From Lysobacterales bacterium (GTDB taxonomy: Bacteria > Pseudomonadota > Gammaproteobacteria > Xanthomonadales > SZUA-5), in contig JALHMH010000004.1 of assembly GCA_022844165.1 (NCBI GenBank), forward strand, positions 128,001 through 192,000: a stretch of DNA of 64,000 nucleotides, in the 5' to 3' direction. The position numbers and the translations under genes are program-made. Positions 41,041 through 51,019 of the stretch are shown here, piece by piece. The notes below the pieces were generated by a model that did no database searches, was not told where the DNA came from, and saw only the letters and a program-made list of their open reading frames with translations. Position 1 is the first letter of the stretch, and every line of letters starts with the position of its first letter.

Positions 41041-43776
41041 TTACCGGCTGCGAAACGCGCCCAGCCAACGCAACCGCACCTGCTTTTCCAATTCGATGAG
41101 CGCAAAAAAGGCGCCGCCGACGAGCACGATCAGCAGGCCATCGTTCAGCGGAACCGCAGCGGTACCGAAAATCGCCTGCAACGGCGGCAGATAGGTGATC
41201 GCGAACTGCGCGCCGGTGACGATCGCCACCACCGCCCACACAACGGGTGTGCCGCGTATCGCTGACCATCGCAGCGACGTGCCGTAGATGTTGCGAATGA
41301 AAAAGAGATGGAAAATTTCCAGAACCACCAGCGTGTTGAGCGCGATCGTACGCGCCAGCTCCAACGAGTGACCTTGGCCAAGCGCATGGTGGTACATACC
41401 GAAGACGGCGCCCAGGAACAGCAACGAGACAAGAACAACGTGCCATACAAGATCGGGGCCCAGTAGCGCTTCATCGCGCCGACGTGGTGGACGTTGCATG
41501 GTCTGGATCTCGGTCGGTTCGAAAGCCAGCGCGAGTCCCAGCGTTGCGGCGGTGATTAAGTTGATCCAGAGAATCTGCACCGGCGTCACCGGCAAAGACA
41601 TCCCCATCAGCAGTGCGACGATGACCGTCAACGCCTCACCGGCATTGGTCGGCAAGGTCCAGCTGATGACCTTTTTGATGTTGTCGTAAACCGTTCGGCC
41701 TTCGCGTATTGCTGCGACAATCGAAGCGAAGTTGTCGTCGGCGAGCACCAGATCGGCCGCCTCTTTGGCAGCTTCCGTGCCCTTCTTGCCCATCGCAATG
41801 CCGGCGTCGGCGCGCTTGAGGGCCGGTGCATCGTTGACGCCATCGCCCGTCATGGCCACGCTCAAACCGTGGGCTTGCAGCGCCTCGACCAGCCGCAATT
41901 TGTGTTCTGGGCTGGTACGCGCAAATACATCGTATTCCAGTACTGCCTGATTCAGCGCCGCCTCGCTCATGGCATCCAGCTTGGGGCCGGTCAGTACGGC
42001 GGTTCGCGCGAACCCGATTTGTTGCGCGATGGCTGAGGCGGTACCGGCGTGGTCGCCTGTGATCATTTTGACCGAGATGCCGGCACTCAAACAGTCGGCG
42101 ATCGCCTGAAGCGCCTCAAGGCGCGGCGGATCGATCAAACCGACCATTCCGAGCAGCGTCAGCCCGTTCTCCACCGTCGTGCGCTCGAAAGCTGGCCGAG
42201 CGGCATCGACTCGGCGCACAGCGAAGGCGAGTACGCGTTGTCCGTGTGCGGCGATGGCATCGATTTGCGCATGCCAAAAAGCCTGATCCAATGGCGCGGA
42301 ATCGTTGCCAGAAGTGCGTTGCGTGGCGCAATTGGCGAGAATTTGCTCTGGCGCCCCCTTGACGAAAACAAGGCGATTTTGGTCCGCGTCTTCGTGCAGA
42401 GTGGCCATGTATCGATGTCGCGCATCGAAGGGGATTGCATCAATGCGTGGCCATCGGCGGCGTTCCTGATCGAGGCGCAGGCCGACTTTTGCCGCGAACG
42501 CGAGCAGTGCACCTTCCATCGGATCGCCGTCGATGACCCAGGCGTTGTCGCGTTCGCCCAGCGCGGCATCGTTGCAGAGCAGTGCAGCGAGAGCCAATTC
42601 GGTGAGGGACCGAACATCGCCATCGCGATGCCGGCGGTGGCGGATGGCGCCGAACGGTGCGTAACCGTCGCCCTCGATATCGCAGGCGGTGCTCGATGTC
42701 AGTGCAGAGGCAACCAACATCTCGTTGCGCGTCAGCGTGCCAGTTTTGTCGGTGCATACCACCGATACCGATCCGATCGTCTCGATGGCGGGCAGGCGGC
42801 GGACGATCGCGTTGCGGGCTGCCATCGAGCGGACCCCGATCGCGAGCGTTATGCTGAGCACGGCCGGCAGGCCTTCTGGTATTGCGGCGACTGACAGGCC
42901 AACCACGGCCATGAACAACTCGGCGAACGGATAGTGCGCAGCGTAATAGCCGTAGATCAGCAGCGATACGGCAACCGCGAGGATCAGCCAGGTCAGCCAG
43001 TGGCCGAAGCGCTGAATCTGCGCGACCAACGGCGTGGTCAGGGTTGCGACGTTTGCCAATAATTGACCGATGCGCCCGATTTCCGTGGCCATGCCGGTTG
43101 CGATGACAACACCCACGCCGGTGCCTGCCGTTACGACGGTGCCGGAAAAAGCCAGACACGTTCGCTCGCCGAGCGCGACATCGCTGGCGACCGGATCGAG
43201 TTGTTTCTCGACAGGGACAGACTCGCCGGTCAGCGCTGACTCCTGAACCGACAGCCCGCGCTCTTGGATCAAACGCAGATCGGCCGGTACGCGATCGCCC
43301 GCCTCAATGCTGACAATGTCGCCGGGCACGAGCTGTTCGCCATCGATCCCGATGCGGATGCCATCGCGGAACACGCTGGCGCGTGGCGCAAGCAGGTTGC
43401 GAATGGCATCCATGGCTTGCTCGGCTTTGCCCTCCTGGACATACCCGATCGCGGCATTGATCAGAACGACGGCAAGAATGACAGCCGCATCGATCCAGTG
43501 CCCGAGTAGCGCGGTCATCAGCGCAGCTCCGAGGAGCACATAAATCAGCACGTTGTGGAACTGCGAAAACAGGCGCCGAAGGGCGCTGCGGCGCGCCACC
43601 GCCGGTAGACGGTTTGGCCCGATTTCGGCCAACCTCGAAGTGGCTTCTGTCGCGCTCAAACCGTTCGCGGTGGTGCGCAGTTGCGCCAGCGTTTCAGCTA
43701 CGTCCAGGGTATGCCATGCCAAGCTGTTGCTTGTCGGCAGGTCGGTTGAGCCGTTTTTGTGCTCCGGTGCGCGCAT
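41041..43776 (-). CDS. Cation-transporting P-type ATPase (P2A-like)
   Basis: LTGES, IPEGLP, DKTGTLT, KGAPE, MITGD, TGDGVNDAPALK. Confidence 0.95.
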   Translation of the reverse strand: MRAPEHKNGSTDLPTSNSLAWHTLDVAETLAQLRTTANGLSATEATSRLAEIGPNRLPAVARRSALRRLFSQFHNVLIYVLLGAALMTALLGHWIDAAVILAVVLINAAIGYVQEGKAEQAMDAIRNLLAPRASVFRDGIRIGIDGEQLVPGDIVSIEAGDRVPADLRLIQERGLSVQESALTGESVPVEKQLDPVASDVALGERTCLAFSGTVVTAGTGVGVVIATGMATEIGRIGQLLANVATLTTPLVAQIQRFGHWLTWLILAVAVSLLIYGYYAAHYPFAELFMAVVGLSVAAIPEGLPAVLSITLAIGVRSMAARNAIVRRLPAIETIGSVSVVCTDKTGTLTRNEMLVASALTSSTACDIEGDGYAPFGAIRHRRHRDGDVRSLTELALAALLCNDAALGERDNAWVIDGDPMEGALLAFAAKVGLRLDQERRRWPRIDAIPFDARHRYMATLHEDADQNRLVFVKGAPEQILANCATQRTSGNDSAPLDQAFWHAQIDAIAAHGQRVLAFAVRRVDAARPAFERTTVENGLTLLGMVGLIDPPRLEALQAIADCLSAGISVKMITGDHAGTASAIAQQIGFARTAVLTGPKLDAMSEAALNQAVLEYDVFARTSPEHKLRLVEALQAHGLSVAMTGDGVNDAPALKRADAGIAMGKKGTEAAKEAADLVLADDNFASIVAAIREGRTVYDNIKKVISWTLPTNAGEALTVIVALLMGMSLPVTPVQILWINLITAATLGLALAFEPTEIQTMQRPPRRRDEALLGPDLVWHVVLVSLLFLGAVFGMYHHALGQGHSLELARTIALNTLVVLEIFHLFFIRNIYGTSLRWSAIRGTPVVWAVVAIVTGAQFAITYLPPLQAIFGTAAVPLNDGLLIVLVGGAFFALIELEKQVRLRWLGAFRSR

Positions 43777-43789
43777 GAGATCGTCGTAC

Positions 43790-45313
43790 TCAAGTCACGG
43801 CGTTGAGAATGATGACGAGCATCAGGCCCAGTAACACCAGCGAGGCCAGACACGGTACCAGCGTTCGCCTCAGTATGTCGGCCTCCCGTCCCGCAAGTCC
43901 AACGGTTGCAGCGCCCGCGACGATATTGTGCGGGCAAATGATGTTGCCAATGGCCGCACCGGCGGTTTGCCCAGCGGCCATCCAGGTGCTCGATAAACCC
44001 AGCGCCGTTGCGGTTTGCGTTTGTAGCGTACTGAAAAGTACGTTCGAAGCCGTTGCTGATCCAGTGACAAAACTGCCCAGCGCGCCAACCGTAGGCGCGA
44101 GCAGCGGCCAACCGCGACCGAAACTCTCCACGGCAGCTGCTTGCAGGGCCGCGATCATTCCCGAATGCAGCATCCATCGCGACAGGCACAACATCGCAAA
44201 CAACGCCGCTGCCACTGGAAGCAACCGACGGCCTGAGGCTGTCAGCGCCGGAGCAAGCGGGCGCAGGGATCTGCTCTGTATCCATGTGCCGGCAAGCAGT
44301 GCCGCCACCAATAAGGTGCCAGGGTGACCCAAAGGCTGAATCTGCCCTCGATAATCTTCCCAAAGCCGCCAATGCAGGACCAGGCTGGTCAGCGCATTGT
44401 CTGGCAGGAGGCGTGTTGCGAATACCAGCAACGTCAGCGAGAAGTAAGGTGCCAACGCGTGTGCCAGCGAAGCGCTGTCAGGCGACGTGTCGCTGGATTG
44501 ATGGTCGTCCGCCCGGTATCGGATCGCCATCGCAAGCACCAACCCGGCGACCAGTGCGCCAACCAGCGTTGGTAGAGCGGGTCCAATCAGGAATGCAACG
44601 CACACGGCAGGTAATGTGAAGCTGGCGGCTGTCAGTGCCGCCCAGCGCCCGACATGCAACGTGCGATCGACGTCCGCGTTGGCCAGCGTGGTGCGGAATG
44701 TTCGCACGAAGTACACCATCATCAGACTCGCCGCGCCGGCATTCAGCAACGCGGTCCGCCAGGCGATCGAATCGCCTGAGAGACCGGTCAGTGTCGATTG
44801 CGCCGCGACCGGTGTGCCCAGAGCGCCGAAACTGACGCCGATCGCATGTCCCAGCAGGGCCAGTACGACGGACTGCAGCGGCGGAACGCCAAGTCCCGCC
44901 AACAACGGGGCAACCAGTGCTACGGGCGTGCCGAATCCTGCGGCGCCCTCGAGAAACAACGACAGGCACCAGCCAATCAGCAGCACCTGCAACATCGGTT
45001 GGTGCGTTAGCCGACACACGGCTGCGCGCAGCGCGTCCAGTGCACCATTGTTCTGCTGCATCTGGTGCAGCGTCAGCGCCGGCCAGAGTATCCACAGGAT
45101 GGTTGCCGTGATGAAAGCGGCTTCCGCCGCAACACCGGCCACCATCAACGCCCCATTTTCGCCTACGTCGAACGCGAGCGTTGCCAGACCCAGCGCCAGA
45201 ACCAGGCCGACGCTGCCAGCGCGCGCTGCCGACCAGCCCGCAACCAGCATCAGCGCCAACACGGTCAGGATCGGCGCAACGGCGAGCACTGCCGTCGCCA
45301 TGGTCGTACTCAT
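43790..45313 (-). CDS. L-lactate permease family transporter
   Basis: FLEGAAGFGTP, FGALGTP, GSFVTGSAT.SN.LF, GNIICPHN. Confidence 0.88.
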   Translation of the reverse strand: MSTTMATAVLAVAPILTVLALMLVAGWSAARAGSVGLVLALGLATLAFDVGENGALMVAGVAAEAAFITATILWILWPALTLHQMQQNNGALDALRAAVCRLTHQPMLQVLLIGWCLSLFLEGAAGFGTPVALVAPLLAGLGVPPLQSVVLALLGHAIGVSFGALGTPVAAQSTLTGLSGDSIAWRTALLNAGAASLMMVYFVRTFRTTLANADVDRTLHVGRWAALTAASFTLPAVCVAFLIGPALPTLVGALVAGLVLAMAIRYRADDHQSSDTSPDSASLAHALAPYFSLTLLVFATRLLPDNALTSLVLHWRLWEDYRGQIQPLGHPGTLLVAALLAGTWIQSRSLRPLAPALTASGRRLLPVAAALFAMLCLSRWMLHSGMIAALQAAAVESFGRGWPLLAPTVGALGSFVTGSATASNVLFSTLQTQTATALGLSSTWMAAGQTAGAAIGNIICPHNIVAGAATVGLAGREADILRRTLVPCLASLVLLGLMLVIILNAVT

Positions 45314-46314
45314 GCCACGCGTTCGAGCGACACCGGGTGAGTGGGTCTGCCGTCGCGCGCGTAGGCATCGGCGTTAGCCAGTGTCGTGGTTGCGATGGCT
45401 GTCATTGCCTGTACGGTAAAGAACCCCTGGTGTCCGGTGATGAGCACGTTCGGAAAGGTCAGTAGTCGCGCAAAGACATCGTCTTGCAGCACGTCTTCGG
45501 AGAGGTCGCGAAAAAACAGATCACCTTCCTCTTCATACACGTCGAGTGCCAGGCCGCCAAGCCGCCCGCGTTTCAATGCGGCGATGGCGGCGCGCGTATC
45601 GATCACCGCACCGCGGCTGGTATTGACCAGCATTGCGCCCGGCTTCATGACGGCGAATGCCGCCGAACCGATCAGGTGCCGCGTGTCCGGTGTCAATGGA
45701 CAATGCAGGCTGACGACATCGCTCGCGCAAAGCAACTCCTGCAAATCGACGTAGTCGACACCGATCGCACGCAGCTCCGGATTGGGAAGTGGATCGTTCG
45801 CCAACACCCGGCACCCGAACGCCGCCATGAGGCGTGCGAATCGGCCCCCGATTTTGCCCGTGCCGACAACGCCGATCGTGCTCCCATGCAGGTCGAAGCC
45901 GAGTAGGCCTTCGAGTGCGAAGTTGCCCTCACGAACGCGGGCGTAGGCGCGGTGAATCTTGCGGTTCAGTGTCAAGATCAGTGCAATCGTATGTTCCGCG
46001 ACCGCATACGGCGAATACTCGGGCACGCGCGCGATGGCCACACCGAGCGCAGCAGCGGAAGCCAAATCGACGTGGTTAAACCCGGCCGAGCGCAGCAGCA
46101 CGAGCCGAATACCGAGCTGATGTAAGCGCAGCAGCACGCTCGCGTTCAGGCAATCGTTGACGAAAGCGCAAATCGCTTCTGCGCCGTCGGCGGCCGCGGC
46201 CGTCGAGACATCCAGGCGGCTTTCGAGGAAGGTCAGGCTGTGCCTGCCGTCGGCGTTTGCCGCATTGAAAAACCGGCGGTCATAGCTACGGGCGCTGTAG
46301 ACGACAATGTGCAT
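45310..46314 (-). CDS. ldhA: D-lactate dehydrogenase (D-2-hydroxyacid dehydrogenase)
   Basis: AFVND, RSAGFNHVD, VPEYSPYAVAEH, GTGKIG, NTSRG, DVYEEE, TGHQ.F.T. Confidence 0.88.
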   Translation of the reverse strand: MHIVVYSARSYDRRFFNAANADGRHSLTFLESRLDVSTAAAADGAEAICAFVNDCLNASVLLRLHQLGIRLVLLRSAGFNHVDLASAAALGVAIARVPEYSPYAVAEHTIALILTLNRKIHRAYARVREGNFALEGLLGFDLHGSTIGVVGTGKIGGRFARLMAAFGCRVLANDPLPNPELRAIGVDYVDLQELLCASDVVSLHCPLTPDTRHLIGSAAFAVMKPGAMLVNTSRGAVIDTRAAIAALKRGRLGGLALDVYEEEGDLFFRDLSEDVLQDDVFARLLTFPNVLITGHQGFFTVQAMTAIATTTLANADAYARDGRPTHPVSLERVA

Positions 46315-46420
46315 GGTAGTGTCTCCCGATCGAGATTGGGCGTGCCGCGCGAGTCATCCTGCGACAAGTTTGCGCTGACGGTGGCATAGTCGACATTTCC
46401 CGTCAAACAAGGAGCACTGT

Positions 46421-46987
46421 ATGGGTCTGTTTAGTTTTGTGGCGTCCGCTGGCGCCAAGCTGTTCGGCGGCAAGAAGCCGTCGGAAATCCCCAATTTGAG
46501 TGCACTGGTTCGCGAACATGTGCGCAAGGTGGGTCTGCCGGTAGATCACGTGCACTATTGGTTCGAAAAGGAAGTTTTGGTTGCCGCCGGCTGGGTGAAG
46601 GACAAGGCGACAAAAGAGAAGCTCATCGTCGCCGTTGGCAATGTCGAAGGCGTCGATCAAGTAGAAGATCGACTTGTCGTTGGTGCGCCGCCAAAGTTCG
46701 ATACGCCCGCCCCAGCAGCCACGCCGAGTCCGGCGGCCACCCCGATCATTGCCGAGGCCCCGATCCCGGTGGAAGCTCTGCCCACCAGGGAAGACGCGGA
46801 GAAGGACGCATTCGAGAGCCGTACGCATGTGGTTGAAAAAGGTGACACGCTGTCGAAGATCGCGAAAGAGGTCTATGGCAATGCCAACAAGTACATGGTG
46901 ATCTTCGAGGCCAACAAACCGATGTTGGCCGATCCGGACAAGATCTACCCAGGCCAGGTCTTGCGGATTCCGCCGCTCGAAAAATGA
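46421..46987 (+). CDS. BON-LysM protein (YgaU/Kbp family)
   Basis: MGLFSF...AG.KLFG, GNVEGV..V.D, GDTLSKIAK..YGNANKY..IFEANKPML.DPDKIYPGQVLRIP; AGGAG RBS. Confidence 0.92.
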   Translation: MGLFSFVASAGAKLFGGKKPSEIPNLSALVREHVRKVGLPVDHVHYWFEKEVLVAAGWVKDKATKEKLIVAVGNVEGVDQVEDRLVVGAPPKFDTPAPAATPSPAATPIIAEAPIPVEALPTREDAEKDAFESRTHVVEKGDTLSKIAKEVYGNANKYMVIFEANKPMLADPDKIYPGQVLRIPPLEK

Positions 46988-47586
46988 GCGTCATCACCAT
47001 TGATGGTCCGTCGGGTGCGCTGGAAGGCGTGCTCGGTGGTGCCTCTGAGCCGACGCGGATCGCGGTTATCTGCCATCCGCACCCACTGCACGGTGGGACG
47101 ATGAGCAATAAAGTCGTGACCATGCTGGAGCGCACGCTGGCGCAGATGCAGTGCGCCACCTTGCGCTTCAATTTTCGCGGCGTGGGGGCTTCGGCTGGCC
47201 AATTCGATGAAGGGCGCGGTGAGCAGGATGATCTGGCCGCTGCCGTCGCTTTTCTGCGCGCGCGGATGCCCAACTTACCCTTGTGGCTCGCGGGGTTTTC
47301 TTTTGGCGCCTTTGTCAGCGCAGCACAGGCCGATGCGCTGAACGCGCAGTGCCTGATCAGCGTTGCGCCCCCGGTTGCGCGGTTTGGACTGGCATTCCCC
47401 ACGCGGCCTCGCGCGCGCTGGATTGTTGCGCAGGGCGACGCCGACGAAGTGATATCTGCGACCGACGTCTTCGCTTTTTTCGAGGGCATCAATCCGCCGG
47501 TTGAGATGCTCAGGTTCGCCGGCGCCGGTCACTTTTTTCACGGTCGATTGGTCGAACTGCGCGATCGGTTGCTGACCTTGCTCTGA
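46984..47586 (+). CDS. Alpha/beta hydrolase
   Basis: CHPHPLHGGTM.NKVV, RFNFRGVG.S.G, GFSFG, GD.DEV, HFFHG. Confidence 0.9.
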   Translation: MSVITIDGPSGALEGVLGGASEPTRIAVICHPHPLHGGTMSNKVVTMLERTLAQMQCATLRFNFRGVGASAGQFDEGRGEQDDLAAAVAFLRARMPNLPLWLAGFSFGAFVSAAQADALNAQCLISVAPPVARFGLAFPTRPRARWIVAQGDADEVISATDVFAFFEGINPPVEMLRFAGAGHFFHGRLVELRDRLLTLL

Positions 47587-47714
47587 GCGTATCGTGGTTG
47601 AGTGCTTCACGGGGAATGTGCCGACCCGGTGGAAACCACCGGATCGGCCACTTCGACGACACATGTGCGAGCAAGCTTCCCTTGTTCGAAGGAAGCTGCA
47701 TGGCTGGAGACGGG

Positions 47715-47921
47715 TCAGACCGACTTTTGAGTGAGTTCGAACGCAGCCAGCTGTCGTTCTGCTTCGTCTTTGCTGATGCCGTAGGCTTCCTGAATCCGCC
47801 CAGCTAATTCGACTCGACGTCCGTCGATGACTTCTAATTGGTCGTCGGTCAGCTTGCCCCACTGTGCTTTGACCTGGCCGCGAAATTGTTTCCAGTTGCC
47901 TTTGGCGATATCCCAGTTCAC
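47715..47921 (-). CDS. CsbD family stress protein
   Basis: GTG start after AGGAG; NWD..KGNWKQF.G.VK.QWGKLTDD.L..I.G.R..LAG.IQE.YGI.KDEAE. Confidence 0.9.
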   Translation of the reverse strand: MNWDIAKGNWKQFRGQVKAQWGKLTDDQLEVIDGRRVELAGRIQEAYGISKDEAERQLAAFELTQKSV

Positions 47922-47970
47922 ATTCTTCTCCTGATTGGAGGCCTCAGCATGTGCCACCCATTGAGTTGCG

Positions 47971-47988
47971 TCTGTTCGGTTGCGCACC
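47971..47988 (-). promoter_or_regulatory. Palindromic site GT(G/T)CG-N4-CG(C/A)AC-(A/C)GA upstream of csbD
   Basis: Minus strand GGTGCGCAACCGAACAGA; related sites at 51281-51298 and 52358-52375. Confidence 0.5.
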
Positions 47989-48025
47989 AGAGCCAGAGTT
48001 CGCGGATTGGATCGCGGGTCGCAGA

Positions 48026-48406
48026 TCATCTGCCGTTGCGAACAGGTGTTGCGGTATTTGACGTCCGATCCGGGGGCGGTTCGCAACGATCCACTTGAGG
48101 TCGGGTTGACGCCTCAATGCGTGACCCGCGCATCCTGTCGACCACGGTGAGAACTGCATATCCAGTCACCCAGGCGCGCTCGAGCCATCGACGGGGACGC
48201 CCAATGGGAAGCACCGCGATCACGCCGGCACTCGCCAGCAGCCAGAGCGGATGGCGCCACAATGCTGGCAATGTTGACGCTTTCGCGATCGCCGTCAGTG
48301 GGCGCTGCCAAGGCCGAATACACGCGACGATGATCAAGCGATGAGCAGCGTCTGCGGTTAACAGCTGGCGACGGCGATCTGCGATTCGCTGCAGGCGACC
48401 CGTCAT
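48026..48406 (-). CDS. YqjK-like small membrane protein
   Basis: RR.QLL, PW..PL, LW.HPLW hydrophobic stretch, RPRRW; third gene of an elaB-yqjE-yqjK-like operon. Confidence 0.55.
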   Translation of the reverse strand: MTGRLQRIADRRRQLLTADAAHRLIIVACIRPWQRPLTAIAKASTLPALWRHPLWLLASAGVIAVLPIGRPRRWLERAWVTGYAVLTVVDRMRGSRIEASTRPQVDRCEPPPDRTSNTATPVRNGR

Positions 48407-48789
48407 CGTGGGCTCCTGGTGCGGCGATCTTTTTCCAGCGTAGATAAACTCGTCGAGAAAATGCTCGGCATCTGCTGCGCACGGCGAAGTACCAGGGCGC
48501 AGGCAAGAAAACCGACCAGCAGTAAAGCAGCTGCGATCGCAACAACGAGCGCGAGCCGGCGTTCGTCGGGGATCGCCATCAACAACGCAATCACAGAGAG
48601 TACGCCGCCAATGCCAATCGCAACCATGGCACCGAGCGCAATGAACAGCATGGAAGTCAACCGAACCCGACTCTCATCGAGATCGAGAGACAACAGTTCC
48701 AGGCGGGTGCACGCAACTGCGTGCACCGATTCGGCCAGCATCGTCAAAGATGCCAGGAGACCTTGAGACGAAGGCGCCCGGGCCGACAT
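48403..48789 (-). CDS. YqjE/phage-holin-like membrane protein
   Basis: TRLELLSLDL.E.R, two TM helices, F..SL..L.KDR. Confidence 0.75.
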   Translation of the reverse strand: MSARAPSSQGLLASLTMLAESVHAVACTRLELLSLDLDESRVRLTSMLFIALGAMVAIGIGGVLSVIALLMAIPDERRLALVVAIAAALLLVGFLACALVLRRAQQMPSIFSTSLSTLEKDRRTRSPR

Positions 48790-48792
48790 GGT

Positions 48793-49140
48793 TCAGCGCC
48801 TCGCGAGCATCGCGCCGACCAGCAGGCCGGCAATACTGGCTGCCCCAACCGCGGCCCAGGAGTGGGCGTGGACATAAGTATCGGTTGCAACAGCAGCGTC
48901 GCGCGCACGGATGCCGAGCTTCTCGCGAGCCACGTCGACATGTTCCTTGAGCGACCGCAGCGATTCCCGGACACTTGCTTGAATATCGCTGAGCTTCTCG
49001 CTGCCGACATCGGTTGCGGTCTTCAGAACGATCTCAGCATCGGTCAGTACTTGCTTGAGTTCGGACATCAAGTCGTCGCCGACGGGCACATCTGTTGCTC
49101 GGACGGCTTCTGATGGGTTGAGTGAATTGGGCATACGCAT
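48793..49140 (-). CDS. DUF883 family protein (ElaB/YqjD/YgaM)
   Basis: L..L..DAE.L, TD.YV....W.AVG.A...GLLVG..LARR tail-anchor motif. Confidence 0.85.
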   Translation of the reverse strand: MRMPNSLNPSEAVRATDVPVGDDLMSELKQVLTDAEIVLKTATDVGSEKLSDIQASVRESLRSLKEHVDVAREKLGIRARDAAVATDTYVHAHSWAAVGAASIAGLLVGAMLARR

Positions 49141-49266
49141 GGTGATTCTCCAAGATAGAAATTTCGTGATGGCAGCCCGGCACACCGCTGCGCGCGGAAG
49201 TGCCTGGCGATGGCATGGGTCCGAATCGTCTGCACCCGGACACCGACTGTTGTTCGAGGGGCAAGG

Positions 49267-49920
49267 CTAGGTGCGATTGGCGAATCTCAGTCCTGCGCCG
49301 ATCAACAGGGCGCCGATGCCGAGCACAGCAAACCAGGGCAACACGCCGGCGGTGTTCGGCAAACGCAGAGCGGACGGCGAAAGCACCGGCGCAGCTTGCG
49401 CCAATTGCGGTGGTTCTGCGGGTGCTTCATAGCGGACAATGCGCCCATACGACTCTGGCGGCGTTCCGACTTCGGTCGTCAATGCGGCTGCGCCCTCAGG
49501 GACGTATAAATTGATGCGTTGGCCCCCGCGGAGTGCTGTGAACGGGTACTTGCGGCCATCCAGCGTTACCTGTTGGCCAGGATTGTTGAGCACCGTGTAA
49601 CGGCCCATCGACCGACCGCCGGGGCTGACGAAGTCGGCGACTACCGAACCGTCGCGATCCAGTCGTATGAAGTCTGCTTCGAAGCGTGCCCATTTGTTGC
49701 CGTTGTTATTGATGACTTCGAAACAGGCGTCGGGGATGCGCGGGTACTGTTCGATCAGTTCCAGATTCCAGGCCATGTCGACCTGCCCGCAGCTCAGAGT
49801 GCGCGTATGAGTCGGCTCGAGGTCTTTGGTGTCCATGCCCTGTGCGAAAGCGAAGTTGGTAAACGCGAGACTGAGAATCAATGGCGTAATGCGCGAATTG
49901 TGAGTCTTCAACGATTTCAT
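49267..49920 (-). CDS. Secreted protein with C-terminal LPxTA sortase sorting signal
   Basis: AGGAG RBS; signal peptide ending AFA; C-terminus LPNTA + hydrophobic GVLPWFAVLGIGALLIGAGL + RFANRT. Confidence 0.8.
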   Translation of the reverse strand: MKSLKTHNSRITPLILSLAFTNFAFAQGMDTKDLEPTHTRTLSCGQVDMAWNLELIEQYPRIPDACFEVINNNGNKWARFEADFIRLDRDGSVVADFVSPGGRSMGRYTVLNNPGQQVTLDGRKYPFTALRGGQRINLYVPEGAAALTTEVGTPPESYGRIVRYEAPAEPPQLAQAAPVLSPSALRLPNTAGVLPWFAVLGIGALLIGAGLRFANRT

Positions 49921-50128
49921 TGTGATGCTCCTTGTTGAGCCTGAACGGTGGGGATTTAACCCCTTGTGGAACCACTTGTGCGCGAGAACGGTGCGGGCTC
50001 GGCCCTGCGCTTTACGACACACTCGCCGCCCTGGTTGCCAATGGGCAGCAACGGTGACTTCCGCGGCGATCTCGATCGAGCCGGGAAGACGGTTAACGAT
50101 CGGGCAGCTCCTCTGCAACACACCCCGG

Positions 50129-50836
50129 TTAGTTGGGATCTTGATTCGCGACCAGCGCGCGAACGATGTAGCGCTTTGGCGCTTGACCGGCGAACCAGAA
50201 CGGATAACACGTGATCAACGTCAATGCGGCGTGGTCTGTTGCTTGCAGCGGCGAAACGTCATCGGGGTCGACGATCGACACCGATGCGATTCGGTAGTGC
50301 ACATGGCTGGCCATGCTTTCAAACTCGATCCAATCGCCGATCTTGACCCGGCTCAGTGCTCGGAAGTAGCCGTCGCGATGCGCGGCGATAGCGATGTTCC
50401 CAATTTCCTCATGCATACCGTCGGTCGTTACCAGACTCGCGCCACGGTTGAGGTTCCGTTCGCTCAGAGTGGCATACACCGGTACTTCTAATTCGATACG
50501 TGGAATCCGCAGCAAAGCAATTGGCAGGGCGGAGTCGCTCGCGGAGCTGTCGGCGTACGAGCGGATTCGGCTGGCTGACCAGTCAGTTTGGTTGACTTCA
50601 GCTGGTGCCGCGTCGGACGCCAGGATGGGTATGAGCGCGCTCAATGGTGGGTTGCGCGGTGCAACAGCGTTCTGATCCGCAGCGTTGGCATACGCCTTGT
50701 TCTTCGCAAATGCTGTCATTGCCCGTTGGCGCTCCACCTCGCCGGAAAGGCGACCTCCGGCGTAAGTCAGTAGCAGGGCGACACCGATGATCCAGGAGGC
50801 CTTTTCAGCCTGCCGCACGAGTGAGTGGGCGCGCAT
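50129..50836 (-). CDS. Class D-like sortase
   Basis: N-terminal TM; LRIPRIEL.VPV, L.RGA, GNIAIAAHRDGYF (His), LTLITCYPF (Cys), KRYIV (Arg). Confidence 0.9.
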   Translation of the reverse strand: MRAHSLVRQAEKASWIIGVALLLTYAGGRLSGEVERQRAMTAFAKNKAYANAADQNAVAPRNPPLSALIPILASDAAPAEVNQTDWSASRIRSYADSSASDSALPIALLRIPRIELEVPVYATLSERNLNRGASLVTTDGMHEEIGNIAIAAHRDGYFRALSRVKIGDWIEFESMASHVHYRIASVSIVDPDDVSPLQATDHAALTLITCYPFWFAGQAPKRYIVRALVANQDPN

Positions 50837-50839
50837 GTG

Positions 50840-51019
50840 TCAGTGCCCGATCGCCGGTGTCAGGTCGTTTTCGCTTTGCGGAGAGCTTTGGGCGTCAGCC
50901 TCCTCCTCAATCCTCTCGCCAACCTTCTGCGTGTCTTTGCCGACCCCCCGGATCGTATTGCATCCGGCGAAGAGGTTGGCGATCACTAACAACGCAATGA
51001 CACGAATGATCGTCGACAT
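50840..51019 (-). CDS. Entericidin A/B family lipoprotein (59 aa, absent from the ORF track)
   Basis: Manual translation MSTIIRVIALLVIANLFAGCNTIRGVGKDTQKVGERIEE...; GGAG RBS; CNT..G.GKD...G motif. Confidence 0.85.
   Translation of the reverse strand: MSTIIRVIALLVIANLFAGCNTIRGVGKDTQKVGERIEEEADAQSSPQSENDLTPAIGH

Noticed and set aside
48403-48789. Phage-holin-like protein as a sign of a prophage
   Set aside because: It sits in an elaB-yqjE-yqjK-like stress operon; there are no phage genes in the window.
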